Source: Lytechinus pictus
Lineage: Eukaryota
Assembly (NCBI RefSeq): GCF_037042905.1
Contig: NC_087250.1
Location: forward strand, 14,944,001-15,008,000
Direction of reading: 5' to 3'
Length of the DNA stretch: 64,000 bases
This document shows, piece after piece, positions 24,706 through 37,966 of the stretch. The notes under the pieces are model-generated. The model was not told where the DNA came from. It was given only the letters and a program-made list of their open reading frames with translations, and made no database searches. Both the position numbers and the translations under genes were made by a program. How positions within the stretch are numbered: position 1 is the first letter of the stretch; the number at the start of each line of letters is the position of its first letter.

Positions 24706-27700
24706 GGGCAATTCCATGGAAAATGTTCACTTTAGAGAAATAAAATGAAGTTTCAGATCTCACTTAAGCAGTCATAGTTTCTTAAAAAGTAATCTATAAA
24801 GTTTCAATTTCCTATAGAAAAATCGCAATATTGACAAAATTTTGTAGTTTTTTCCATCATCAAAAAAATAGAATGGTAAATTGCAAAATCTAAAAATTGT
24901 GGCTATTTTTAAACAATTCATCTTTCCTGTCTCTACTAAAAGCAAATAAGGTCACAGAGGTCTCTTTTAACTTATGAATAGTTGATTAATGTTTACATCA
25001 ACAGAAAATCATCAATTTTAGAGAAATCGATCTTCAGATTTGTGTGATTTCTTTATCATTATCAGTGTCATGTCCGTTACGTTTTTCACTTAAAGTTTTC
25101 ACAGCTTTCAGGAAATTTGTCTGAAGGTACTGCAGATTCAGATTCTATGTTAGAATTAAACCCCCTACCATGTGTAGCAATCATTTTCCCTTACCACTTC
25201 TCATTTTCATAAAAATGGCGTAACTGACATGACAGGTTGCGTAACGGACATGACGCCTTATATATGACAAAAGGCAGCATTCACAAAAACAAAATATTAG
25301 GCTCAGTGTCACAGACTGAGGTCAGTCTCAATTGCTTGAGGATAGCTGGATGTAATAACTCCTAGAATCTGCATGTCATTCAAGCTATTTTTAGTAGTTG
25401 GTAAATGATGAAAGTTCAGCTCTTGTTCTGGTATATTTTTCTGAGAATTAACGGTATGCCACATAATATTAGGATAAGATGCAGCTAGATCTGGCAACAT
25501 ACTCAGATCACAATCTGCATCATTTGTGTTTGAACAATACAATTGATTATCTAATATGCTTTTCACACTGCACTTTTTGTCCTAAATTGTTGGGGCTAAG
25601 GGGGGGGGGGGGGTCTTAGCCCCACCAATTTCCCGGGGTTAAGCTTAGCCCACTTCGTTTTCACACTACGTTTTAGCAAAGTGGGCTAGCACGGTAAATA
25701 GTACGGTACTATCTGGCCCTGCAAAAAAGCAGGGTTAGCCGGCTTATTGTGGTGCTAGCACCACAATTGCGGTGCTAAGAGATGCAATGTGAAACGAAAC
25801 AGGGCTAAGCAAAAGCGGGGCTAAGCATTAGCCAATCACAGAAGTCGAAATTGCACGTTAATCGCGCTCTGTATGGTAAAATCATCAATATTTATGAGCT
25901 GTGTGATTGCCCGGGGTTAAGGCGTAACCCCGGCTAAGCAATAGTACGGGGTTAAGAAAGACAGTGTGAATCGAAAAAAAGATAGTATGGGGTTAAGGAT
26001 AGTCTGGGGTTAAGGAAATGCAGTGTGAAAAGCATATACTAGGTGTTTGCTGACAGTTTGGAGCATGATAAAATTCCAACTTGTGAATTCATGAGATCAT
26101 TGATGATATTGCTTCAAAGTATCTGACTTTCACCAACCTCAAATTCTTCAGTGATGGCACGGGCTCACATTTAAAAACAAGTTTGTATTCAGATATCTGT
26201 GTTACATGATGCAGCTCTATGAATCCATGAATCTACAGTGGCACTTCTTTGCAATATCACAAAGCAAAGGGGCCGTGGAAGGAATGTGGTGCAATCAATA
26301 AATTATGTCATCATAGTATTTTGGTCAACCATAATCACGATTTGAATGATGTATCTTCATTTGTACACAAGCAGTGCAGACAATGCAACAAAATTAGATA
26401 CAGCCAGTTGCCACATTTGTTAGCAAGCAAGATCGTAAGATTTAGAACATCCAAGATTTGATGAAAGGATGATTATACTCAGGATGATATTTATTTTGAA
26501 TGAAAAAATATCTCAGAAGCAATTTACAAACATTCCGATTACTTTCAACTCATACATAATCGATAATGAAAGACTGGTTTCCAGGTACTGCTATTAAATT
26601 TTAAAATACTTTTTTATATCATTTTTTTTAATCTTAAAAGTGACATTAATACTAGTACATTCTTTATCACAAAATACATTTCATAATATATGTTCATCTT
26701 GGATTTATACAGGTCTGGTACATATTGTTTTCTTCTCACAAAAATGAGATTTGGTCTTCTCAGTGTGCCGTAGTGGTACTATGTAAGCATTGTATTCTAT
26801 ATAAAATTATCATGTAGGCTATAGCTATTAAATTAATAATACCTGCCAATAATATCTACATGTTTTTCATAAGAATGTTAGTAAAGGTACTTTGCTGTTA
26901 CATAATTACATTCATTATTCATATTTCTTTCATTTTGATATTAAGAAATGCTGATGAAGTTCATCGTAAGGGTGTCATGTCCGTTACGCTAGTGTATATT
27001 GTCAAAGAGTAAGCCATGAATAAAAAATAATCTTTACTATCAACTTTTTCTCTTTTAATTAGGTGTGGCTGATGGTAGTAACTGGAAAATACTCATTAAC
27101 TGTTGTTAACTGGTGTTAAAGACATTTTTCTAAAAATTTTTTGGTTTTATAAATATTGTACGAAAAGCCCCTCACTCAAATTGCAAAATAATAGGAGATA
27201 TTACAGATTACCAGTTATGATGTGTGTCTCTAACCTCTAGCCTTAACATGTAAACAATAAGACTTGTACCATATCTTGTAATAACATAATTATATCCGCT
27301 TACAAAAAGTGGACGAAACTGTCATGTCCGTTACGCTTCATGTGTCATGTCCGTTACGCTACATTTTGAGCTATGAATACAGAATGCACTGCAAAACTGT
27401 TGTTAAACACCATTTTATGAACAGAGCATGATCTTAAGGTTAAATTAACACCAACATCAGGTGCATACGTTCTAAGAATTCACAGGAATATCGATGAGCC
27501 ATAGGAGGTAAAAATGCTTCGTCCATTTCGTGTCATGTCCGTTACGCTCACAAAGAGTGCGATTTCTCCACAACTGTTCAACGAAACGATTTGAAATTTC
27601 ATGTGTATGTAACTGATACTTAAATGTGTCTGATCTGCTCAGTAACAATTATCAAAAGACTGCTAATTCTACTGTATAAAGCTTTGAATTACAAAAATTT

Positions 27701-27735
27701 GTCTGAACGTCATGTCCGTTATGCTGGAATTGACC
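24706..27735 (+). mobile_element. Decayed Sola2-like DNA transposon, 3.0 kb, 4-bp TSD
   Basis: GGGCAATTCCA / TGGAATTGACC TIR, ATAT TSD; frameshifted transposase remnant at about 26130-26300 (FFSDGTGSH/KNKFVF ... QWHFFA..S.SKGAVEG); repeated TGTCATGTCCGTTACG motif; splits an older MITE. Confidence 0.78.
25555..26036. mobile_element. Harbinger-like MITE nested in the Sola2-like element
   Basis: TIR TATGCTTTTCACACTGCA / TGCAGTGTGAAAAGCATA. Confidence 0.78.
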
Positions 27736-28078
27736 ATATCTAACATTTCTTTTACAATTGATTGCATTGACTACAATGTACAATCACTCGTCAAAATCAA
27801 GCTTGCATCCTTTGGCAAGGTGTTTATCTACATTTGCCACTCTTCACCCAGGTGTGGTAAATGGGTACCAGGTACATGTAGGAAGGAATTCCTTGAATGC
27901 TTAAGCACCCAAGCAGGGTTGCAGTGGTAAAGCCGGGGTATTAGTATGCAGTGGTTTGAAACATTGTATTGAATAAATGTTGCATATCATTATTAATATT
28001 TGTGTGTAGTTTTCTTTAATTTTGGCTCACATGAGTACAGACACTACAGAGATAAGACTGGACACTTCAGTACATTAA

Positions 28079-28860
28079 AGGAGAATGAAACCCTTGAAAC
28101 CATCTGAATCCATATAAAAGAGAAAAATCAAAGAAACATATTGTTGAAAGTTTGAGGAAGATTGAATGAATAATAAGAAAGTTATGAGCATTTGAATATT
28201 GAGATCACTAATGCCATGTAGATCCTCCCATTGGCAATGCGACCAAGATCTGTGATGTCACACACGTACAACTCCCTCATTACTTTAGTACTTATTTCAC
28301 TTATATTCTCACTTTTATAGAGTCTATCACAAGGTGAGGTGTTCTCTTTATGAGAGGACAAGTACAGAGGTTTCACAACATTATATCATTGATGAATCGT
28401 TTGTCATATGATTAGAATGAGCAAAAAGAGATGTTTTGGGGTATATTTTCAGTGTCCAAAACTGGACAACTCTCCCCTTTTGGACACTGAAAATGTACCC
28501 CAAAACATCTCTTTTTGCTCATTCTAATCATATGACAAACGATTCATCATTGATATAATGTTGCGAAACCTCTGTACTTGTCCTCTCATAAAGAGAACAC
28601 CTCACCTTGTGATAGACTCTATAAAAGTGAGAATATAAGTGAAATAAGTACTAAAGTAATGAGGGAGTTGTACGTGTGTGACATCACAGATCTTGGTTGC
28701 ATTGCCAATGGGAGGATCTACATGGCATTAGTGATCTCAATTTTCAAATGCTCATAACTTTCTTATTATTCATTCAATCTTCCTCAAACTTTCAACAATA
28801 TGTTTCTTTGATTTTTCTCTTTGATATGGATTCAGCTGGTTTCAAGGGTTTCATTTTCCT
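28079..28860. mobile_element. Foldback (palindromic) TTAA-site MITE, Kolobok-like termini
   Basis: 383-bp arms (28079-28461 and 28478-28860), 16-nt loop, TTAA on both sides, AGG...CCT ends. Confidence 0.92.
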
Positions 28861-28988
28861 TTAAACTTGCATACATGTACGTCAGTAGTAACTTTTAAGA
28901 GTTAGAACATTTCTCATTAATATGCTAATGTGTTTTCTGTGTCCCTTAAAAATGCAAGTGGTAAAATTGAGTAATTTCTTTCCCCTAG

Positions 28989-29069
28989 GACTCCGTGGGT
29001 GAGGAGGTGTTACGAATGTCAACAGATGAAATCATAGGAAGGACAAGACTGTTAGACAATGAAGTCAAG
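28989..29069 (+). CDS. PSMC3: Rpt5 exon 2 (DSVGEEVLRMSTDEIIGRTRLLDNEVK)
   Basis: ccctAG acceptor, AAG|GTGAGT donor, conserved Rpt5 peptide. Confidence 0.95.
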
Positions 29070-29134
29070 GTGAGTGATGGAGGTTGTTTGAAAGAAATTT
29101 ACTCTTCTATGGAAAATACATTATATGAAGCAGA

Positions 29135-29520
29135 AGGGGAGGAGAGGAGAAGAACAAGAAGGAGCAGGATAGGGAGAAGGAGAAAAGGAAGATGGGAAGA
29201 AGTAGAAAAAGAAAGAAAAGAAAAGGAAGTGGGAGGAGAGGAGTGGGAGAAGGAGAAGAAGGAGAAAGAGACGAAGGAGATGGAGAAGGAGAAGGAGAAA
29301 GGGAAGAAGAAGAAGGAGGAGGAGAAGGGGAAGAAGAAGAAGGAGAAAAAGATGAAGGAGAAAGGGAAGAAGAAGAAGCATCAGAAGAAGGTGGAGGAGA
29401 AGAAGGAGAAGGGGAAGAAGAAGAAGAAAATGGAGGAGGAGTAGACAAAAAAGGGAGGAGGAGGAAGAAGAAGAAAATGATGAGTAGGATTAAGAGAGAA
29501 AAGGATGATGCAGAGAAAGA
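29135..29520 (+). repeat. Polypurine (GAA/GGA)n low-complexity tract in PSMC3 intron 2
   Basis: Almost pure A/G on the + strand; source of spurious K/E-, G/E- and S/P-rich ORFs. Confidence 0.95.
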
Positions 29521-29786
29521 GTATAATTAACTTTGTATAGTGTGTTTGCCTTGTATTATTTTATTGTTTTGTTTGTTAAGCTTTATTTTTGTTAATATTG
29601 CCTTTTATTACAATAAATCTGATCTGTTTTTAATAAGTTGTAAATATTGTAATTTTACCTTGATTATGATTTTTGATTTAATAAAACATACAAATATAAA
29701 AAGGAGTATAATTATCATGTGATAAAGACAAACATTCTTGACATTTTGTTCTTTTCATATTCAATTTGTCATTTCCATCCATGCAG

Positions 29787-29912
29787 ATAATGAAGAGTGA
29801 AATCATGAGGATACAGCATGAACATCAAGCACAAAAAGACAAGATCAAAGAAAATGAAGAGAAGATTAAAGTCAACAAGACCCTGCCATATTTAGTTTCC
29901 AATGTTATTGAG
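29787..29912 (+). CDS. PSMC3: Rpt5 exon 3 (IMKSE...[13 protein letters not shown])
   Basis: tgcAG acceptor, GAG|GTAAGT donor, conserved coiled-coil/OB start. Confidence 0.96.
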
Positions 29913-30149
29913 GTAAGTCTGATAGGACTCCATATTAGCCTTCCTTTTCTTGTTTGTGATGAAGTTTATTGATTTGTAAGTTTTTTTTTTTAGTAGGGTG
30001 GCTCCATCAGTAATTGGCATACTTTTTTCCTGGGAGGCCCTACAACAAAAATACAAACATAACAGACATAATTATGAAAAGTGTACAATGTGAAATTATG
30101 ACGAACAAACTGTAAGGAAGAGAACAACACAAAGGGCCGGTTTATAAAT

Positions 30150-30520
30150 TAAGGCTATTATAATGCCAAAATAAAAGACTAAATGGGGATTCTGATCAGG
30201 CAGTTCTTAAAACATTACATGTAGGTGAATTATTCCAAATGAGTGCACCAGCAATAGAAAAACTTGTCTTCATTTCCGTTCGAACTTTGGGCAAAATCAA
30301 ACCTGTGCTTTGTGCACTACGAGTACGAATACTATGTACAGTTTCAGAGTTTTCAAAAGATATTTAACAAATAGTCTGAATTTTGACTAAGGAAAACAGA
30401 AAATATCATTTTACATTTAAAATAATTCCATCGATCTTCGATGGGAATCCATTTTAGTGTGCTTAAATTAATTCGGGTAGGAGTTCTTAGATTGTCTTTC
30501 AGGATTACTCTGGCCATTTT
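30150..30520 (-). mobile_element. Old LINE 3' (RT C-terminal) remnant
   Basis: Minus strand encodes ...LPKVRTE/KTSFSIAGALIWNN; similar L2-type 3' remnants at about 38250-38605 (+) and 48120-48475 (-, ATT tail). Confidence 0.6.
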
Positions 30521-31024
30521 TTTTTGTGTTGTTTAATCATGACATCTTTTGTATTTAAAGTTGATCAACTTCATATTGAAATTAATACTTGAAAGTCTGC
30601 ATATATGCAGGTGAACAACAAGACTTAGCCATATTTATTTTCCAATGTTGTAGAGATAAGTTGTGGACGACCCACCTTTCTTGTTTATGATAAAGTTGAT
30701 TGACCTTGTTTTGAAATTAATACAGTAAAATTTGCAAAAATCAGGCGTGGTTCCAGAGTGAGACTTTTTTTGTGCAAAATTTGTCCGAAAACTTTTTTAA
30801 GCAAGAAAAATTCTGTCTTCCGAAAAATTTGACAAAGAAAGAAAAGTAGTATTCGCTTGCTGCTTGTTGGTAAACTTGTCAAATGTAACGATTGTTCGAG
30901 TTTTACTCCCAGGCCTACCGATAATCACTCACATGTGAGATGAGAATTATCACTTGGCATAAATTAATTATAACATTATGAATAGTTTTAACATGACCCT
31001 GTCTTGTCGATGACTTTTAATCAG

Positions 31025-31132
31025 CTCCTTGATGTCCAACCAGACGAGGATGAAGAGACGGAGGGAGCGAATGTTGATCTGGACTCACAACGGAAAGGAA
31101 AATGTGCTGTAATCAAGACGTCAACAAGACAA
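31025..31132 (+). CDS. PSMC3: Rpt5 exon 4 (LLDVQPD...[23 protein letters not shown])
   Basis: atcAG acceptor, CAA|GTAAGA donor, diagnostic Rpt5 peptide. Confidence 0.96.
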
Positions 31133-31282
31133 GTAAGATTATGGGAGAGTGAAGGGGTGGGAAGGGGGTGGGGTGAGGGAGGAGATAGAGAAAGAGGAAA
31201 CTTATGGGATTGACAGAACAAATGTTGATCTGGACTCACAACGGAAAGGAAAATGTGATCAAGACATCAACAAGACAAGTAG

Positions 31283-31741
31283 GACACCATTCTCACTACC
31301 TTCCTAAAATTAGTTTACTGGAAACTAGTTTAGTGGAAACTAGTTCAACGTGTAATGAGAACGGTCGAAGCTATCTTCCAAACCGGTTCATAAAACCACC
31401 TCACGGTGTAGTTTTCAAGATCGCTTTGCCTTGTTCAACTGGTTTTGGTGTAAGTGAGGACACAACCGTTCTTCGGGAAGCGATATTCGCACATTTTGAG
31501 CGTGCTACTCCACACGACACTCGACAGGTGTAGAATGCCTACGCTGCGGTTTCGTATTTCGCGCGAAACGTGTCACCCCACTGAGAGCGTTTCCATAGCA
31601 ACAATATCGCTTTACGTGAAGTGATTTTGTAAACCACTTTCGTGTGATCAAATGGGAACGCTAGCAAAGGGGTCTTCCAAACTGGTTTCCTGAACCAGTT
31701 TCCAGTAAACTAGTTTTAGAAAGCGTAATGAGAACAGTGTC
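31283..31741. mobile_element. Harbinger-like MITE inserted at the donor of a duplicated exon-4 copy
   Basis: GACACCATTCTCACTAC / GTAATGAGAACAGTGTC imperfect TIR, long internal inverted repeat (aactagtttactggaaact), TAG/TAA flanks. Confidence 0.78.
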
Positions 31742-32241
31742 TAATATCATGGGGGTGAAGGGATGGGAAGGGAAGGGTGGGGAGTGAAGGGGGAGATAAA
31801 GAAAGAGGAAAATTATGGGATTGACAGAAAAAATGCTGAAGTAGATTCACAGAGGAGAGGAAAATGTGCTGTGATCACGAGGTGCTGTGATCACGAGGTC
31901 AACAAGACAATTAAGAATATGGCGAGTGAATGGGTGGAGGATTGGGGGGGGGGGGGTTAAAAGAGGGGAAAGAGTGAACAGGGTAAGGGGAAGATGGAGG
32001 TGGGGAGTAGAGAGGGAAGGGGAGAAAGATGATTGGTGACAGAGTGAATGTTGATCTCGGCCCCATAACACAAACGTTAGCGATCAATCGCTCATTTGAA
32101 AGAACAATTCTGATTGGTTCCTAGTCAGTGCACTGAGCAAATGTGCATGCAACGATGATCTGGATTGGCCATTCCATTTAGCAATTAATCGCCAACTCCC
32201 TTGTGTAACTTGACCCTGGACTCAACGAGAAATTTGAGGAA

Positions 32242-32817
32242 ATGAAGTTGAAGGCCGAGAAGATTGAAAAGGAGAACAGAGAACTGAGGGAGCAGAACAT
32301 CTGTCTTCAGAAGAGGTTCAGTGAGTTGACCTTCCAGCTTAACGATCTTGACCAGTACCACAGGAGAGTCAACTTGGAGGTGGCAGGTGTACCAGAACGA
32401 CCGGGAGAGGTTCCTGAAAGGATCATACTCAATATTGCAAAACACATCAGCCCAGAGCTTGCAGCATCCGACTTCGATGTGGTTCATCGGCTGGGTTCCA
32501 AGCGCCAAGCTGATAACAGAGCCCGTCCAATCATCGTGCGATTCACCACAAGACGTGCTCGGAACATCATGTATGATGGAAGAAGAAAGCTGAAGACCCT
32601 CAGCACAAAAGATCTTGGATACAACAGCGATGGCAAAATCTACCTCAATGAAAACTTGATCGCTTCCACTAAGGAGCTAATGAAAGATCTCAACAAGGCC
32701 CGCCGAGATGCCGGATACAAGTTCTTGTGGACCCAGAATGGCCGAATCTATGTAAGGAAGGATGAGAAGTGTCAACCCATCATCATTCATTCCAGAGAGG
32801 ACTTTTCCAAACTGTAG
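32242..32817 (+). CDS. LINE ORF1 C-terminal fragment (coiled coil + RRM + CTD)
   Basis: LDQYHRRVNLEVAGVPE, VHRLG, RPIIVRF, IYLNENL, YKFLWTQNGRIYVRK motifs. Confidence 0.85.
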   Translation: MKLKAEKIEKENRELREQNICLQKRFSELTFQLNDLDQYHRRVNLEVAGVPERPGEVPERIILNIAKHISPELAASDFDVVHRLGSKRQADNRARPIIVRFTTRRARNIMYDGRRKLKTLSTKDLGYNSDGKIYLNENLIASTKELMKDLNKARRDAGYKFLWTQNGRIYVRKDEKCQPIIIHSREDFSKL

Positions 32818-33198
32818 TAGGACTATCCTTTATCCATTCCATGTTATTCGATTTTCCAGTATTCTTTTCATTTATTATGAAATTCTCGTCCCAAAATTTT
32901 TCGCATTGTTCAATATCTGTGTTATTTTCCGTGGTGTATTTTGCATTCCTTCACTGCCCTTTCAATAATGTTTCAATACCAGACATTTTATGGAGGTCAT
33001 TTTACTTATTTTTGTGTGCAAATATTCTTCATCGCCCGTTAATAATTGTATTAGATAATCTTTATTTTGTTAACTATTACAACTGTAGTATTTTCCGAAC
33101 TCGAATTTTGGGTCATGATGGTATCAAATCTAAAAAATGCTTTATATGCTTAGCTTACAAAGATTTTGTTTTAAAATGGCAATATATTATATTTCATA

Positions 33199-36100
33199 AT
33201 GGTGGATAATATGCGTGATTTCCCCTTTTATCATCTGAATAATGATGATTTCTTATTACTAAATCATCAAGATAAAAGCAATGTTATCTCAAATCATTAT
33301 ACTCCATTTCAGCATTTGATAGATTTTCTACTGATATTCTTACAAATAATTTTGATGAACTTCAAGTTGAATTCGATATTCATGATAAAGCATACAATCT
33401 TTCCTCTTCTCCATATTATACAGAAAATTCATTCAAAGACTATGCTAAATTGATTGGAGAAGATGATGTTTTTATTTTGCATTTGAATATAAGAAGCGCT
33501 AACCAAAACTTCGAGAAATGACGATTATTATTAGAAAATACACAGTTTGCCAATCCCCCAATTATTGCTCTTACTGAAACTTGGTTCACGGAAACCCCAA
33601 ATTCCTTATGCACCCTCCCGAATTATGATATTGTTATAAACAATAGGAAAAATAAAATTGGAGGTGGACTAGCATTATATATTCCGTCTTCATTTGATTA
33701 TGCAATTAGACATGAATTTGAATATATGAATGAAATCATCGAATCCTTATTTGTAGAAGTAAAAATTCAAAAAGATAAGAAAACTCTAATAGGTGTCATC
33801 TACAGACCTCCTCAAACTTCTTGTATAGAAGATTTTTTACTTGCTACTAATGAACTTTTGCAAAACGGAGAATTGATAAATAACAATTGTATCATCACTG
33901 GTGATTTCAATATTAATCTCTTGACCAGTAATCACTCTTTAACAAATGATTTCCTTGAATTAATGTTATCTTCTACTTTTTTGCCTATTATTTCTAGACC
34001 AACCCGTATTACTGATCATTCTGCTACGCTTATAGATAATATATTCTGTAACTCTCATCCTCTTCCGAAAGCTGGCATTGTAACGACAGACATATCCGAT
34101 CATTTTCTTATTTTTACCCATATCCAAACAATGCAATCACTCGCAAAAATGGAAAAGAAATATAGGATCTGTCGCAACTTTAGTGATAAAAATATTGAAC
34201 GCCTTCAAGAAGATTTAAGCTCTGTTGATTGGTCTGACGTTTATAACTCGAATGTGAATGTCGATGACTCATTTGACATATTTTTGAAATCTTTCAATGA
34301 CTGCTTAGATTCTTGTGTTCCTTTAAAGAAATGTCGAAATTACGATTATAAACGTGTTCCAAAGCTCCCATGGGTTTCAAAATTGATATTAAGGTCTATA
34401 AATCGGAAAAATAATCTGTATGTTTCTTATATATCAAATCCAAATGATATTTCAAGGAATAGATACACGTCTTATAAAAATACCTTAACAACTACTCTCC
34501 GAATAGCAAAAAAGAGGTTTTATTCAGAAAAATTAAATTCATATAAAAACGACCTTAAAAATACATGGAAAACAATAAATGGGGCCCTAAACAAAATTAA
34601 CAAATCTAGTGCTGTTCATAAATTATGTGTAGATGGAAATATGGTTGAAGATACTCATTCTATAGCAAATGAATTTAATACATATTTCTCTCAAATTGGA
34701 CCAAAGTTAGCTGGAAATATTATGCCTGTAGAAAATTCGTTTAAGGACTTTTTGGATAAACAAAATGAAAGTTCAATATTTCTTACTCCAGTTCATAGAG
34801 AAGAATTACTTGAGATTGTATTTAATTTGAAAGCAGAAAAGACTCCCGGTTATGATGGCATTACAAATAGAGTTGTGAAAAACATTATACATTCTCTTGC
34901 TGATCCTCTGCTTCATATATTTAATTTATCGTTGCAGCTTGGCCAGGTCCCAAAGAAGATGAAAATAGCTAAAGTTATACCCATTTTCAAGAAGGGAGAC
35001 CAATTAATTACTAGTAATTACCGCCCAATATCTTTGTTAACTTCGTTCTCAAAAATTCTTGAAAGGATAATTTATAAAAGGACAGTTGCTTTCCTTAAGA
35101 AATATAGTATTATATGTGATAATCAATTCGGTTTTAGAGAAAAACATAATACAACTCATGCTATATTGACATTAATAAATAAAATATCTACTTCTTTTGA
35201 CGATTCTGATCACACCGTAGGGTTATTTCTCGACTTCTCAAAAGCGTTTGATACAATAGATCATGAAATACTATTATGTAAGCTATCAAATTACGGTATC
35301 AGAGGGACAGCTTTACAATGGTTTAGGAGTTATCTTACTGATAGAATTCAGTTTGTTACAGTAAATGAATCAGAATCTCCAACAAGGCCAGTTTCCTGTG
35401 GAATTCCACAAGGTAGTATTCTTGGCCCTTTGCTATTTGTACTTTATGTTAATGATATGAAAAATTCATCTCATGTTCTCTCATTTATTCTCTTTGCTGA
35501 TGATTCCAATATTTTCTTTACACATCATGATCCACATGTACTTGTGAGCACGATGAATGCAGAATTTAAAAAAGTAACAAACTGGATTAAAGCCAACAAA
35601 CTGTCATTGAATCTGCAAAAAACTAATTATATGCTTTTTAGTCATTCATTGAAACATCTACCGCATCAAATACTTTTAGATAATACTGAAATCAAAGAAG
35701 TGCAAACAACAAAATTCTTAGGTCTTACTATTGATCACAAGCTTACGTGGAATGCTCATATCAACAATATTTGCAAAACTGTGGCAAGAAATATTGGAGT
35801 CATCAATAAGCTTAAAAACACTCTTCCAGCACAGGCGCTATCCATGTTGTATTGTGCATTAATTCTACCATATCTTAATTATGGAATTCTGGCATGGGGT
35901 AATGCCTCTCAAACGAGACTCAATAAAGTCTTGCTACTTCAGAAAAAAGTACTGAGAATAATATGCAATGTGTCCTTTAGAGCTCATACAGATGAATTGT
36001 TTCGTCATAAACGTATCCTTAAAGTCAATGACCTGTACCGCTTGCAACTATTCCAATTCATGTATCAGCTAGATAGAAATAGTGTACCTAATGTCCTACA

Positions 36101-36314
36101 AAAGAAATTTATGAAAAACAATACTTTACATTCATATAATACGAGACATTCAAATGACTATCACTTACCCAAAAGTAGAACAGTATTTTCTAGCAAAACT
36201 GTATTTTTCACAGGACCAAAACTCTGGAATTCTCTGGACAGAGTAATAAAAGAGGCAGCTAATCTAAACCGATTTAAATTACTCATCAAAAAATTTATTC
36301 TGAATTCTTATTGA
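33199..36314 (+). pseudogene. LINE ORF2 (APE+RT) with two N-terminal lesions; open from 33522 to 36314
   Basis: ATG 33199 (DFPFYHLNNDDF); frameshift between about 33276 and 33320; EN motif HLNIRS followed by in-frame TGA at 33519-33521; then LTETW, GDFN, SDH, PQGSILGP, FADD. Confidence 0.87.
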
Positions 36315-37328
36315 TTCAATCAAATATTTTGTGAACCTCATACTTACCCACGGTAGTATTGATTATTTTAAAGTCAATATTTAATTTTGTATATAGTGTA
36401 AATACATTTGTGTTACAGTGTTTATATATAATTTTATAGAATTTTGCTGATTATTTTACTCTACTTATATCATATTACCCTTGTATAAAATTTTGATAGG
36501 GGGTCTACATTTTACAAGCTTTGCTTTTTAGTAGGCCCCTCCACTTTTTTTCATTTCATTGCTACGTTTCAATCCTGTGTGTTATGCATTTTTTTCAGTG
36601 TTAAAATGATTTATTATAAATGTACTTTGATGATTGTGGAATATGAATATATCAATAAATAAATAAATAAAATAAAAAAGATGAAAAGAAAGTATGCTGT
36701 GATTAAGACGTCAACTAGACAAGTAAAGGGGTTGAGGGGGAGGGGGAGTAGAAAGAGGGTAGTGAAGTCATAGTGACAAATGTCATTGGCACTTTGATAC
36801 TCAGTGTCACCAAGTGGTCACCAGGTAGCATAGTGACAATTATGTTGATATTTTCTTCTAAAAACAGAAATCTTGGGTATTTAGCTACCTGACTTGACAA
36901 GTAAATGTGCATATTGTATCAAGTTTTGGTCAATTTAATTCACATGATTAGAATTTTAGGACCAAATCAAATGTAAATATCATGATGCTACAGTCGTTGC
37001 TACTTGGAGACAGTGTTGATGTTCTATCGGTATACACTGTTTTGCTCAGTAACAAATTAGTCAAAATTGCACAAGATTTCCAGTGAAATGTATGGTCTTA
37101 TGAAATTGTAAAGCATACAAACAATCATTGTGTAGTATAATTTGAGTAATACTAAAATGTCAAAATTTATGCCCCGACTTTATGGAAAGACTCACATAGA
37201 TTTCTGTCTGCTGTTGTTTGATTTCAAAGCACTGGCATATCCAGGGGGGTGCACATCCGGCCCATTCCCCCCCCCCCTTTTGAGAGGCCTGCATAATAAA
37301 AATTTCTAATGTAAATTTGCCGTTCTAA

Positions 37329-37571
<243 letters not shown>

Positions 37572-37843
37572 TAAGTATTTCTTTTATGAACAGGGGAGTC
37601 TTTCATGGCACAATAGTGATTTTTCTACTGACTATTTGGCATAAGCTAAAATACTTGCTTCTGATTGGCTCACAGCTAAACTATTATTGGCAGTTCACTG
37701 ATTATTTGTTTTATTTTATGATCAGATTTGATTCTCGAGTGAAAGCCATGGAGGTTGATCAGAGACCAAAGATTGATTTGTTATAAGGTACTAAAATACT
37801 TGCATCTGATTGGCTCACAGCTAAACTATCAGTAATTCACTGA

Positions 37844-37966
<123 letters not shown>

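Larger units (their letters stand above)
32226..36677 (+). mobile_element. 5'-truncated Crack/L2-like (CR1-group) LINE in PSMC3 intron 4, sense orientation
   Basis: ORF1 C-terminal part, inter-ORF spacer, APE+RT ORF2, 3' hairpin gggtctac...gtaggccc and an (AATA)n tail. Confidence 0.9.

Noticed and set aside
29070..29530. K/E-, G/E-, S/P- and L-rich ORFs
   Set aside because: Translations of an intronic (GAA/GGA)n tract; the real exon ends at the 29070 donor.
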